A stretch of DNA of 64,000 nt from Clostridiales bacterium (GCA_024684375.1 JAIKWZ010000050.1:30396-94395); one strand, 5' to 3'; positions 1 to 9,805 are shown, counted from the stretch's first letter. Notes: generated by a model from the letters alone, not told the origin. A program made the numbers and translations.

Positions 1-475
1 GGACCATACCTTCGGAATGCACGCGGTGAACGGGCTATGTCTTGCTAACGCGAAAACGAACAAGTACATTTCGGAATGGAAAGCTAAAATTGAAAAGAAC
101 GGGCCGGACGAATTCTTTGCCATCCATGAAAGCATCAGAAAAGAATATGCCGGGGGCGCTGAAGTGACAGTAAAGCAGGCGGATATGGTGTTTTCCGGGG
201 AGATCACGCTCGACCTTGGCGGCCTGAGGGTCAGGGTCATGCAGACAGAGGCCCCGCATACGGATGATTCCACACTCATCTTTGTTGAGGACGACAAAGT
301 ATTATTTCTTGGCGACGCGACCTGTGACGATTTCTTTACAGGGAGCAAAAGCGCTGAGCTTTGCAGGAAGCTTGCCGCTACCGTCAAAGCGATCGCTCCG
401 GAAATTTGCGTAGAAGGTCATTGGACGCCGACAGATACGCGGGACACTCTGAATGATCTGTTGAGCGGGATCTGA
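1..475 (+). CDS. MBL-fold metallo-hydrolase, C-terminal part (5' end outside window)
   Basis: The frame is open from nt 2 (DHTFGM...), so the window begins inside an HxHxDH-type zinc motif. A later HTDDS and GDATCDDF fit the metallo-beta-lactamase fold. Stop at 473-475. Confidence 0.6.
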   Translation, partial: DHTFGMHAVNGLCLANAKTNKYISEWKAKIEKNGPDEFFAIHESIRKEYAGGAEVTVKQADMVFSGEITLDLGGLRVRVMQTEAPHTDDSTLIFVEDDKVLFLGDATCDDFFTGSKSAELCRKLAATVKAIAPEICVEGHWTPTDTRDTLNDLLSGI

Positions 476-515
476 TCGTTTCGGCGGTTCGGCATCACGC
501 ATTTGGAGAAGCATT

Positions 516-974
516 ATGAGAGCGACTAAAAAAGACGCGAAAGCGCTTGCGGAACTGGTAAAGCTCGTCTGGCCGGAGCATAGCGAAGCAGATTTGACGA
601 AGATCATTCTGGAATACATGGATTCGGATAAATCGGCGGTATTTGCGGAAAAAAGGGATGAAGGCTTTATCGGCGTCGCGCTGTGCTGTTTGCACCATGA
701 CTATGTCGAGGGCTGCGAGACCAGCCCCGTCGGATACCTGGAAGGCGTCAGCGTAAAGGAGGACTGCCGGAACCGGGGCGTCGCGAGGCGGCTCGTGGAA
801 GAATGCGAAAACTGGGCCAGAGATAAAGGCTGCCGTGAATTTGCCAGCGACTGCGAGCTTAATAATACGGCGTCACAGAACTTTCATCTGCGGATCGGGT
901 TTCAGGACCAGAACCGGATCGTGTGCTTCAAGAAGGATCTGAAACACAAATCAGGGTTTGTTGGGAGGCGATGA
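516..974 (+). CDS. GNAT acetyltransferase, aminoglycoside 6'-N-acetyltransferase AAC(6')-I-like
   Basis: GGAGAA RBS before the ATG. LVWPEH near the N-terminus and HHDYVEGCETSPVGYLEGVSVKEDCRNRGVARRLVEECENWARDKGCREFASDCELNN follow the AAC(6')-I family pattern as I remember it; this is not a database hit. Confidence 0.75.
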   Translation: MRATKKDAKALAELVKLVWPEHSEADLTKIILEYMDSDKSAVFAEKRDEGFIGVALCCLHHDYVEGCETSPVGYLEGVSVKEDCRNRGVARRLVEECENWARDKGCREFASDCELNNTASQNFHLRIGFQDQNRIVCFKKDLKHKSGFVGRR

Positions 975-975
975 T

Positions 976-1323
976 ATGGACGGCCGCAGCGAGGATTTCT
1001 GGAAAGCGCTGGATGAACTGGTGGGCAATTCGGAAATAGTGATCGACAGGCCCAAAGGCTCAGCCCATCCCAGATTCCCTGATTTCATCTATAAGGTCGA
1101 CTATGGATATCTGAAAGACACCGCCTCCATGGACGGCGCGGGGATCGACGTATGGGTCGGAAGCGGGGATAAAAAGGTCGACGCCATAATGTGTATCGTC
1201 GATCTGATGAAGAGAGATTCGGAGATCAAAATACTGATAGGCTGTACGGAAGCAGAAAAGCTGGAAGTATACAGAACGCATAATGAAACGCAGTATATGA
1301 AAGGCATCATGATACGCCGATAA
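976..1323 (+). CDS. small conserved protein, inorganic-pyrophosphatase-like (function uncertain)
   Basis: ATG at 976 is preceded by GGGAGG. RPKGSAHP...DYGYL...DGAGIDVW resembles short PPase-like proteins of Firmicutes. Confidence 0.45.
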   Translation: MDGRSEDFWKALDELVGNSEIVIDRPKGSAHPRFPDFIYKVDYGYLKDTASMDGAGIDVWVGSGDKKVDAIMCIVDLMKRDSEIKILIGCTEAEKLEVYRTHNETQYMKGIMIRR

Positions 1324-1347
1324 ATTCCAGTCTGTAAAGGAGCTGCC

Positions 1348-1866
1348 ATGATAAAGCTGATAGTGCCGGAAGAAAAATACCTGACATCATACAAAGAAGC
1401 CCGTGACGAATATATTGAAAACGGCGTTTCGACATACTCGTTTACCGACACGGCTTCCTGTGACATTTTCGCGAAATTCGAGCGTTACAGAAATGAGCGC
1501 GACCTGCCGCCAAACAGGGTGGGCGAGGACAAATACTGGCTCGTGGACGATGAAAAAGCGTACTTCATCGGGGAGATCGCCATCCGCCACCGGCTGAACG
1601 AGGCTTTGGCGCAGCGGGGCGGCCATATCGGCTACGGCGTGCGTTATTCGGAATGGAACCGCGGTTACGGAACGAAAATGCTGGCTCTGGCACTGGAAAA
1701 AGCGAAAGTACTGCGCATTTCCCCGGTGCTTATCACCTGCAACGACGACAATATCGCCTCCGCCAGAGTGATGGAGAAAAACGGCTTCATCCTGGGGGAT
1801 AAGCTAATCGTTTCAATAGACGGAGAGACCCATCTCACAAGGCGGTACTGGAAAACCATCCTGTAA
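1348..1866 (+). CDS. GNAT family N-acetyltransferase (COG3981-like)
   Basis: AAAGGAG RBS. RGGHIGYGVRYSEWNRGYGTKMLALALEKA motif A and a C-terminal NIASARVMEKNGF. Confidence 0.75.
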   Translation: MIKLIVPEEKYLTSYKEARDEYIENGVSTYSFTDTASCDIFAKFERYRNERDLPPNRVGEDKYWLVDDEKAYFIGEIAIRHRLNEALAQRGGHIGYGVRYSEWNRGYGTKMLALALEKAKVLRISPVLITCNDDNIASARVMEKNGFILGDKLIVSIDGETHLTRRYWKTIL

Positions 1867-2032
1867 GCGAAACTCCGTGTGCCGGACTCTGCGACGGTAC
1901 GCCTTCGCGCGCTCTTACACATGAAGAGACCTCTTTTGTCTGCCGTTACAGAAGGGGTCCCCTGTTGTACAGCCGGGCCGAATATAGTATAATCATCTCG
2001 GCAAATCGGGATCTGTGGAGGAAATCAGAGCA

Positions 2033-2599
2033 ATGGATAAACCAAAGAGAAGGTCTGTTGATCCGGTGTACTCTATGTGTGTTCAGCCAGCCTTTATCAT
2101 CGGAACAAACAATATAGACGGTACAGCGAATTTCGCCCCGATCACCTGGGTAAGCGTCACTCATGAGGAAGGCGATGGATATTTGCTTGTTATCAGTATG
2201 TCCGGAACAAAACGAACGAAACAGAACGTCATCAGAACAGGTATCTTCAGTGCGAACCTTGTCAGTGCGGATATGCTGCTGCTGATGGACTATTTCGGTT
2301 CCAGGCATGCTGAAGATGGGAATAAGGACGGTGTACCTTATGGCGTCAGCCGCGGAGAAGTCCTGGATGTTCCGGTCCTGGACGAGAGCCGCTGGGTGTA
2401 CGAATGTGAAGTGAAACAGGCGGTACAAACCGGAGACTCGACCACGTTTTTCTGCACGATCAGAAACATACAGATAGATGAGCGGCTTGAGTGTAAGGAT
2501 ACATTTGACGTTGATCTTACCGTTCTGGGACCGGTGATCTATTCCGGCAAATACCATAGTATCGGGAAACTTCTCGGGGATATTGGGGATTATATTTGA
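2033..2599 (+). CDS. flavin reductase family protein (FMN-binding split barrel)
   Basis: PAFIIGT..DGTANFAPITW and a conserved length of about 190 aa. ATG 2033 follows GGAGG; GTG 2015 is an alternative start. Confidence 0.65.
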   Translation: MDKPKRRSVDPVYSMCVQPAFIIGTNNIDGTANFAPITWVSVTHEEGDGYLLVISMSGTKRTKQNVIRTGIFSANLVSADMLLLMDYFGSRHAEDGNKDGVPYGVSRGEVLDVPVLDESRWVYECEVKQAVQTGDSTTFFCTIRNIQIDERLECKDTFDVDLTVLGPVIYSGKYHSIGKLLGDIGDYI

Positions 2600-2710
2600 G
2601 CGGAATGACACATCAGGCAAATCCCGGTTTTCCGGCATGTTCGCGAGAACGGCCGGCAACGGGAGGCAAAGTATATCGGTCTTATCTGCAACGCCGGAGG
2701 AAGGTGTGAT

Positions 2711-3592
2711 ATGTATAACATTGATGCTGTGGAACCCGACTACGGACCCAGGAAAGAGATCGTGCAGCGTCTGCCGGAAGTGGCCGCGCACATAAAGATG
2801 TATGAACAGGATTCCGCTTGTCTCTGCGCCCTGCTGGAAAAGCAGAAGCCGCGCAAGATCCTGGAAGTCGGCGTTGCGAACGGCGGCACCAGCGCCGTAA
2901 TCATCGAGTGCATGCATGAGCTCGGATCGGCTTATGAGCTGCACTGTGTCGATATACTGGAAACCGGATACGCCGGGAGCGAACATGAGATAGGCTTTCT
3001 GGGAAAAGAGGCTTCCGAACTGTACGGCTTTGAGGGGCGCCGTCTCTGGAAGGGGGTCTGTTTGCCGCAGGTGATCGATAGGATCGGAAGCGGCATCGAT
3101 TTTTTGATCCTTGATACGTCTCATGTCCTTCCGGGGGAAACGCTCGATTTCCTCATCGCTTACCCCTATCTTTCAGAAGGCGCGTTCGTGTGCCTGCATG
3201 ATATACGCCAAAACCATAATAAGCCTCCGAAGATCGACAGGATCGGTACGAATGCCCTGTTCAACTCCGTTGCCGCCGACAAGTTCGTCAATTCCGATCC
3301 GACGCGGCAGCCGGATTACCCCAACTTCGGAGCCTTCCGGATCAATCCGGATACGGAAAAGTATATCACGAATGTTTTTGGCGCCTTGACGATCAACTGG
3401 AACCGTCCGCTGCCGGAGGAAACGCTTAAGGTGTACACGCAGATCATTCAACGGCATTATCCAAAGGAAGCATGCTGGCTGTTTGAGCGCGCGGTCCGGA
3501 TGAACGAACTCTCCCTTTCCGTCAGCTATAACAAAAACGGGAAAAAACCGCTCCTGAAGCGTATTGCGGGCCGCCTCGCCAGATACCTGTGA
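2711..3592 (+). CDS. class I SAM-dependent methyltransferase (Methyltransf_24/CmcI-like)
   Basis: GGAGGAAGG RBS. ILEVGVANGGTSAVI glycine-rich SAM loop and FLILDTSH. Confidence 0.65.
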   Translation: MYNIDAVEPDYGPRKEIVQRLPEVAAHIKMYEQDSACLCALLEKQKPRKILEVGVANGGTSAVIIECMHELGSAYELHCVDILETGYAGSEHEIGFLGKEASELYGFEGRRLWKGVCLPQVIDRIGSGIDFLILDTSHVLPGETLDFLIAYPYLSEGAFVCLHDIRQNHNKPPKIDRIGTNALFNSVAADKFVNSDPTRQPDYPNFGAFRINPDTEKYITNVFGALTINWNRPLPEETLKVYTQIIQRHYPKEACWLFERAVRMNELSLSVSYNKNGKKPLLKRIAGRLARYL

Positions 3593-3713
3593 TCTGTCCC
3601 CTTCAGAGATAAACGGTTTCATCCCGGGGGGAGCATTTTTTCAAGAGACGCAGAGACACGTCGGACAAGTCGGTATCGGTGACAAAGAAGTATACAGGGA
3701 GCTGGAAGGTGCC

Positions 3714-4313
3714 ATGCTCGACAGAACGATCCCGTTTTACAACACGATCATGAAATGTTCGGAGTATTCGCCCGGGCGCGCTGAGCTTCTGGACGGATTC
3801 TCCATTGTTCCGTATCGGCGCGGGTATGAAAAGGAATGGGCGAGACTGGAATGCGCCATCGGCGATTTCGGCTCATTGGATGAGGCCGAAAAGTATTTTA
3901 TTCAGACTTACCTGCAGGATCCAAAGCAGTTCGGGAACATTCTTTTCCTGCTGAACGGGGAGCGGGAGGTCGTGGGCTCATGCATCGCGTGGCGGGACTC
4001 GCGGGGCAAACGCTCCGTCTCGTCACTGCATTGGCTCGTCGTGCGGGAAAAGTATCAGGGGATGGGTCTTGGAAGGGCGCTTTGCACGGCGGTCATGAAC
4101 ATTTACGCGGAGCGCGGAGCTCTCCCGGTCTATATCCACACACAGCCCTGGAGCTGGAAAGCCGTCCTTCTGTACCTTTCGCTGGGCTTCAGGCTCCAGA
4201 AAACGGATACGTTCTCGCGCTATGAAAACGAGTACGCGAAAGCCCTGGCCGAACTCAGGAAGTTCGTTTCGGGAGAAAGGTATGAAATGCTGCTGCGGTC
4301 AGCCGAAGACTGA
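3714..4313 (+). CDS. GNAT family N-acetyltransferase
   Basis: ATG 3714 follows GGAAGG; the track ORF starts earlier at 3564. LHWLVVREKYQGMGLGRALCTAV motif A. Confidence 0.7.
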   Translation: MLDRTIPFYNTIMKCSEYSPGRAELLDGFSIVPYRRGYEKEWARLECAIGDFGSLDEAEKYFIQTYLQDPKQFGNILFLLNGEREVVGSCIAWRDSRGKRSVSSLHWLVVREKYQGMGLGRALCTAVMNIYAERGALPVYIHTQPWSWKAVLLYLSLGFRLQKTDTFSRYENEYAKALAELRKFVSGERYEMLLRSAED

Positions 4314-4342
4314 ACACAGCGCTGTCAGAGGAGATAAGCATA

Positions 4343-5206
4343 ATGGAATACAAACTTGAGGAGCTGACAGAAGCGGAGGCCGGATATATCGGCGAAAAGA
4401 TAAATGAGATCGTGCCGCGCGAAACGGACGCGGACGAAGAAGAATTCGTGCTCAAAGTCGAAAACGAAAACGGCGAGATCATCGGCGGATGCATCGCGGA
4501 GGCATACGAATACCACTGGTCGAGATTATTGCTTGAAGACCTTTGGGTCAATGAGAACTACCGTCATCAGGGGATCGGTTCCATGCTCATCCGCGAGGCA
4601 GAGCGCGTCGCGAGGGAGAAGGGCTGCCGGGTCGTGACGCTCGGCACCGCCAGTTATATGGCAAGACCGTTCTATGAAAAACACGGCTACGCGGTCTTTA
4701 CGGCTATGAAAGCTGTAAACGGCTATATCGACTATTCATTGGTCAAATACCTTGAAAAAGACGCGCCCGAGTATGTGCCGGCACACAACAGAGGCGCGAA
4801 ATACAAAGTCTCGTTTGGAAATGACGACGACGCGCAAGTTATACTAAACGGCATCAGAGCATACAGCGAAGCCTACGAGGAGAAATGCGAGCGAATAGAA
4901 TTTTGCAGGAAACTTGTGGCTAAAGACGGCAGGTTCGCGGCAGGCTTGATCGCGAACGTGAACAAAGGATATGAGGGCTTTGTCTCAGCTCTGTTTGTGG
5001 AAGAACCGCTGAGACGTCAGGGCCTGGGTACGTATCTTCTGCGGGAAGTGGAAAAACTGACAAGGCAAAACGGCGCGCCTGTGGTCCTGACAAGCGCGGG
5101 CGACTGGAACGTCGGTTTCTTCAAAAAGAACGGCTATCTGGTCAGGGGCGAGCTTAAGGACGTGCCCAAAGGGCACGACTGCTACGAGCTGTATAAAGAG
5201 ATCTGA
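4343..5206 (+). CDS. double-GNAT acetyltransferase (two GNAT domains in one polypeptide)
   Basis: Two motif-A regions: LWVNENYRHQGIGSMLIREAE...FYEKHGY and LFVEEPLRRQGLGTYLLREVE...FFKKNGY. Confidence 0.75.
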   Translation: MEYKLEELTEAEAGYIGEKINEIVPRETDADEEEFVLKVENENGEIIGGCIAEAYEYHWSRLLLEDLWVNENYRHQGIGSMLIREAERVAREKGCRVVTLGTASYMARPFYEKHGYAVFTAMKAVNGYIDYSLVKYLEKDAPEYVPAHNRGAKYKVSFGNDDDAQVILNGIRAYSEAYEEKCERIEFCRKLVAKDGRFAAGLIANVNKGYEGFVSALFVEEPLRRQGLGTYLLREVEKLTRQNGAPVVLTSAGDWNVGFFKKNGYLVRGELKDVPKGHDCYELYKEI

Positions 5207-5227
5207 GGATATGGACGTGTTTAAGGC

Positions 5228-5713
5228 ATGCAGTCGATAGTACACCCGATCCCGCCGGTATTTGACGAAAAAAGCGAGATACTGATACTGGGGAGCTTCC
5301 CTTCGGTGAAGTCCAGGGAAGAAGGCTTCTTTTACGGCCACCCACACAACCGCTTCTGGAAGGTCATGGCCGCAGTGTTCGAAGAGGAAACGCCGCGGAC
5401 GGTCCAGCAAAAGCGGGCGTTCCTTTTGAGGAACCGCGTCGCCCTGTGGGACGTGATCGCCTCCTGCGAGATCGAAGGCTCATCCGACGCCAGCATCAAA
5501 AACGCCTCCGCCAACGACTTGAGCGTCATACTGGCGAAGGCGGATATAAGGCAAATATACGTCAACGGGAAAACGGCGCAAAAGTATTACCTTAAATACT
5601 TAAAGCCGCTTATCGGCCGGGACGCCGTCTGCCTGCCGTCCACCAGTCCTGCCAACGCGGCATGGAGCCTTGAAAAACTGACCGAAGCGTGGAAACGCGT
5701 ACGGCTCACATGA
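5228..5713 (+). CDS. DNA-deoxyinosine glycosylase / uracil-DNA glycosylase superfamily protein
   Basis: ILILGSFPSVKSREEGFFYGHPHNRFW and LPSTSPANA match the hypoxanthine/UDG-family pattern. Confidence 0.7.
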   Translation: MQSIVHPIPPVFDEKSEILILGSFPSVKSREEGFFYGHPHNRFWKVMAAVFEEETPRTVQQKRAFLLRNRVALWDVIASCEIEGSSDASIKNASANDLSVILAKADIRQIYVNGKTAQKYYLKYLKPLIGRDAVCLPSTSPANAAWSLEKLTEAWKRVRLT

Positions 5714-5764
5714 TATGTCCAGAATCCAAAATCGGCTGTTTTGCCTGAATTAATTAAAACTGTT

Positions 5765-6313
5765 ATGACAAAGATCTATTATTCTGACCCTGAGCTGACC
5801 GTCCGCGGCATGCTGCCGGAAGACGCGAGAATACTGTTTGATACATATTTATCCTACGGCTGGCATCCGGACATCGGGACTTACGAAAACTATTACCGCC
5901 AGCAGGAAGCGGGCTCGCGCCTGGTGTTCGTCCCTGTGTACAGGGGCAGGGTGTCCGGCCAGTGCACCCTCGACCTCTGTCCCAAAGGAGGCCCGTTCGC
6001 GGGCATGGGATATCCGGAGATAAGCGACCTGACGGTGTTTTTCGACGTCCACGGCAGGGGCATCGCAAGCCGCCTGCTGGACGCCGCCGAAGCGGAAGCC
6101 GCCAAAAGAGCGGACAGGGTGTACCTCGCCGTGGGCCTGCATTCCGGCTACGGCCCGGCGCAGAGGCTGTATGTAAAGCGGGGCTATGTTCCCGACGGCA
6201 GCGGCGCGTGGTACAAAGGCAGGCAGCTTGAGCAGTATGCGCCCTGCGCGAACGACGACGACCTGCTTTTATTCCTTTCCAAATCGCTTCGCGCCGACCC
6301 GGCCCACAGATAA
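5765..6313 (+). CDS. GNAT family N-acetyltransferase
   Basis: ATG 5765 (the track uses TTG 5741). ISDLTVFFDVHGRGIASRLLDAAE...LYVKRGY. Confidence 0.65.
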   Translation: MTKIYYSDPELTVRGMLPEDARILFDTYLSYGWHPDIGTYENYYRQQEAGSRLVFVPVYRGRVSGQCTLDLCPKGGPFAGMGYPEISDLTVFFDVHGRGIASRLLDAAEAEAAKRADRVYLAVGLHSGYGPAQRLYVKRGYVPDGSGAWYKGRQLEQYAPCANDDDLLLFLSKSLRADPAHR

Positions 6314-6337
6314 GAACCGCAGTTTACGGAGGAAAAC

Positions 6338-6826
6338 ATGGAACTGATAAGCATAAACGCCGACAACGCCCCCAAAGCCGCCCCGCTGGTCGCGGATTTC
6401 CGCGTGACGCTGGATTCGTACAAAGGCAGGGTCTCCCGGCCGGACGCCGAGGCGGGGAAGGAAGAGCTGCTGTATTTTCTGGACCGGGGCTGGCCCGTGT
6501 TCGCCGCGGCGGAAAACGGCGAATACGCGGGTTACATCGTGTGCCGCATCGACGACGGCTGCGTATGGGTGGAGCACATATATGTGAAGCCCGGGTACAG
6601 GCGCAGGGGCGCGGCTTCGCTGCTGTTCAGGAAGGCGGAAGAGATCGCTGTTTCCCTGGGAGGGGACACCTTATTCAATTTCGTCCATCCGAACAACCTT
6701 GGTATGATCGAATTTCTGCGCACAAAGGGTTACACGGTGCTCAACCTTATCGAGATCAGAAAGCCGTTCAAGGGCGAGCGCCCCGCCACGACCGTCCGGG
6801 TAAACGGCGTGGACTTCGACTACTGA
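6338..6826 (+). CDS. GNAT family N-acetyltransferase
   Basis: ACGGAGG RBS. VEHIYVKPGYRRRGAASLLFRKAEE...FLRTKGY. Confidence 0.7.
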   Translation: MELISINADNAPKAAPLVADFRVTLDSYKGRVSRPDAEAGKEELLYFLDRGWPVFAAAENGEYAGYIVCRIDDGCVWVEHIYVKPGYRRRGAASLLFRKAEEIAVSLGGDTLFNFVHPNNLGMIEFLRTKGYTVLNLIEIRKPFKGERPATTVRVNGVDFDY

Positions 6827-6907
6827 TCTTCCTGCGGCGGGAAAAGCTGGTTTATATTGCCTATGGAGGCCGTTATGGGGCTCTCCGAGGATGAAACGGA
6901 GGTAAGC

Positions 6908-7660
6908 ATGGAATACATTAGGGTAACGAAAGAGAATCTTGAGAAGGAGCACATCTGCTGCGCCATCTCCAATAACAAAGACGTGCAGGTGTCATCGAAG
7001 AAAGCGTGGCTGGCAGAAAGATTTGAGGAAGGCCTTGTTTTTCTGAAAAGCACTGAGCGCGGCAAGTGCTTTATCGAGTATATTCCCGCGGAAAACGCGT
7101 GGGTGCCGATCGAGGCGGAAGGGTATACATACATAGACTGCCTGTGGGTGTCGGGCGCTTTCAAAGGGCACGGGTATTCCAACGACCTGCTCGGAGCGTG
7201 CATCGAGGACAGCAGGCTGAAAGGCAGAAAAGGGCTGTGCATACTCTGCGCGGCCAGGAAAATACCCTTCCTTGCCGATCCGAAGTATCTGAAGTATAAG
7301 GGGTTTTCCGTGTGTGACGAGGCGGATAACGGCATACAGCTCTGGTACCTGCCGTTTTCCGCCGGGGCGGCCGCTCCGAAGTTCAGACCATGCGCGAAGC
7401 ACCCGCATATCGATGAAAAGGGGTACGTGCTGTACTATACGAGCCAATGCCCGTTCAACGCCAAATATGTTCCCATCGTGGAACAGACAGCCAAAGCGCA
7501 TGATATCCCTTTCCGCGCCGTTCATATCGAAACGAAGGAACAGGCGCAGGCTGCCCCCACGCCGGTCACGACTTACGCGCTGTTCCGTGACGGGGAGTAT
7601 GTCACGAACGAGCAGATGAACGATACCAAATTCCTCAAACTGGTTTCCGCCCAGAACTGA
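6908..7660 (+). CDS. GNAT acetyltransferase with YoaP-like C-terminal domain
   Basis: ATG 6908 follows GGAGG. IDCLWVSGAFKGHGYSNDLLGACIE, then a Cys-containing C-terminal extension (YYTSQCPFNAKY...) as in YoaP-type proteins. Confidence 0.6.
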   Translation: MEYIRVTKENLEKEHICCAISNNKDVQVSSKKAWLAERFEEGLVFLKSTERGKCFIEYIPAENAWVPIEAEGYTYIDCLWVSGAFKGHGYSNDLLGACIEDSRLKGRKGLCILCAARKIPFLADPKYLKYKGFSVCDEADNGIQLWYLPFSAGAAAPKFRPCAKHPHIDEKGYVLYYTSQCPFNAKYVPIVEQTAKAHDIPFRAVHIETKEQAQAAPTPVTTYALFRDGEYVTNEQMNDTKFLKLVSAQN

Positions 7661-7707
7661 AAGCAAAAAAACAGCGCGGCCGGCCGCGCTTCAAAAAGGA
7701 GAAGCAT

Positions 7708-8124
7708 ATGGCAAACACCCATCACGGAGCCGCCCGCCGCGGCGACTGGAAGACCCTGCCCATGCCCGAACAGCATGAGACTTTCGTGCTTGAAAGGTCA
7801 TTCAGCGATGAGGAAATGGACGCGCTGCGCCGCGGCAATATCCCCAGGGCAATGGAGGATAAGTGGTTCTGGTATATGGAAGGGGCGACGATCTGGGCGC
7901 ACCGCAGCTGGACGGGATACTGTATCTACCGGATCGACTTCAAAGAGGACGGCAGGCATGTCGTGACTGCCAACCGTGATCCCGGCCAGTACCGCTGCGA
8001 CAGCGCCGAGGAAGATATCCGGGCCCTGAACAGTCTGTTGGACTGGTGGACCAGGACCCCGTACGATCACTATAACGAGTGGATCTCGGAGACATACGAC
8101 GCGCTCAGGAAAGCGGGAAAGTGA
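7708..8124 (+). CDS. hypothetical protein (Trp-rich, 138 aa)
   Basis: AAAGGAG RBS and codon usage like its neighbours. No family recognised. Confidence 0.5.
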   Translation: MANTHHGAARRGDWKTLPMPEQHETFVLERSFSDEEMDALRRGNIPRAMEDKWFWYMEGATIWAHRSWTGYCIYRIDFKEDGRHVVTANRDPGQYRCDSAEEDIRALNSLLDWWTRTPYDHYNEWISETYDALRKAGK

Positions 8125-8139
8125 TGCCGGCGGCGCGGA

Positions 8140-9633
8140 TCAGCTGACCCTCCGGTAAAGGTAATACTTCCACGTTCTGCGCTCAAAATACAGCTCCGCC
8201 TCATCCACGAGGATGTAGTTTTTCGCGTTTTTGAGTTTGGACGACCTCGTGACGACAAAGGCCGTCTTTCCCTGATCGATGCTGTCCTGCGCAGATTGCG
8301 TCATCTCCGGAAGATCGATATTCAGAGTGCAGAAGAAGGGGTCAGAGGGCTGCACGCCCGCGGCGAAATAGAAGCCCCCGTCAAGAAAACCGTAATTCAG
8401 AAGGCTCCGGTCCTCACTTTGCTGTATGACGGCGGCGAAACGGTACTGGGGCATCTCCTCCCTGGACAGCTTCATAAGGTATGTGTTGGGGCTGGAACAG
8501 TAAGCAATGAACGTACCTGCAAGTATCAGCGCGCAGCCCAGCGCCGCGGACAGGGCGGACGTGACCCGCGAAGAAGCGTTCTTAAGCAGCCAGCAGGCTG
8601 CCGACGCTGCGGCGGCCAGCCCGAAGGGAGCGAAGACCGCCATCACCAGCGCGTAATACGGGTAGCGCCTTCCGTTCCAATAGGTGAAAACGAACAGGCA
8701 TACCGCGCCGGCCAATACGGCCAGAGCTTCCCATCCGCGCTTTTTGGGACGGACCGCCAGCCACAGCGCGCCCAGCGCCATGGGGATGGACCAGGGCAGG
8801 TTGTTGAGCAGGTTGGGCAGTGGCGCGTCGTAAGGCGCGCTTTTGATGTTATGGGAGTACTGTGAAAGATTGTTGACGAAATACGCCTGCCAGAGGTCGG
8901 GCAGGGCGTTTTTGAACCCGAACCAGCCTGTGACAGCTCCGGACAGCGCCAGGCATCCCAGCAGGAAGTACAGTATAAGGCCTGGAAGTTTGCGGGCTTT
9001 CCCTGTGAACAGATACCAGATCAGTACCGCGGCGCCAAGCCCCGCGAACAGGCCGCAGAAGGTGTATTTGGTCCACAGCGCCGCGGCCGAGCACAGCCCG
9101 AGCACAAAGCCCTGCCAGGCTGTGAGCGGAGTTTTAGAGCGCATGGCTTTCAAAACCGTAAACAGGCCAAGCGCCAGCACGGGCAGGAAGAACTCCTCCG
9201 CGCTGGATCCGTGCGAAAAAGCCGGCGTTATGGGAACGAGCAGCGCCAGGAGCGCCGCCGAAGGCCAGAACGCCCATTTCCGCTGCGAAAACAGTTCGGC
9301 GATACGTCCGCCCAGGTAAACGAACCAGGAGAAACACAGCCCCTCAAGTACAAATACGCCCAGGAAGGAGCTTTCCGAGATCTGCCCAGCCAGCGCGAAG
9401 AGGAAGTAGATCAGCGGCCCTTTCTGCTCATACAGATCCCTGTAGGGCACCAGCCCGTGCAGTATGCCCCGTCCTACGGTAAAAAAGCAGTGCACATCCA
9501 CCCAGTCGTTCATGGGATACAGAAATGAGCTTTTGGAACACACGGCAAGCACGCAGAAAGACGCCAGCAGCGCGAAAAGCAGGCGGCGCAGCAACTCTGT
9601 ACGACTCAGTTTGGTCACACGGTCCGGCTTCAT
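8140..9633 (-). CDS. polytopic membrane protein, ArnT/PMT (GT39)-like glycosyltransferase
   Basis: About 12 hydrophobic segments and an N-terminal loop YRDLYEQKGPLIYF typical of dolichyl/undecaprenyl-phosphate sugar transferases. Confidence 0.6.
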   Translation of the reverse strand: MKPDRVTKLSRTELLRRLLFALLASFCVLAVCSKSSFLYPMNDWVDVHCFFTVGRGILHGLVPYRDLYEQKGPLIYFLFALAGQISESSFLGVFVLEGLCFSWFVYLGGRIAELFSQRKWAFWPSAALLALLVPITPAFSHGSSAEEFFLPVLALGLFTVLKAMRSKTPLTAWQGFVLGLCSAAALWTKYTFCGLFAGLGAAVLIWYLFTGKARKLPGLILYFLLGCLALSGAVTGWFGFKNALPDLWQAYFVNNLSQYSHNIKSAPYDAPLPNLLNNLPWSIPMALGALWLAVRPKKRGWEALAVLAGAVCLFVFTYWNGRRYPYYALVMAVFAPFGLAAAASAACWLLKNASSRVTSALSAALGCALILAGTFIAYCSSPNTYLMKLSREEMPQYRFAAVIQQSEDRSLLNYGFLDGGFYFAAGVQPSDPFFCTLNIDLPEMTQSAQDSIDQGKTAFVVTRSSKLKNAKNYILVDEAELYFERRTWKYYLYRRVS

Positions 9634-9805
9634 TTATCGGATGCTCCTCTCATACATAACTGACGGGCGAGGATATTCAGGAAAAAACATTCCAAATATG
9701 ATCTATTATCATAAGCTTCATAAGGCGGGCTGTCAAGGGAGACGCGCGGCCGATGCCTGCCGGCAGGGCTTTTTTCATAGCGGCCGGGAGCGAGCAAAAA
9801 AGAAA

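Noticed and set aside
7673-7690. Perfect 18-bp palindrome AGCGCGGCCGGCCGCGCT after the YoaP-like gene, as a possible terminator.
   Set aside because: The T-tract is on the wrong side for the plus-strand gene (A-run upstream, TCAAAAAGG downstream) and the next gene starts 18 nt later. It may be a weak attenuator or nothing.
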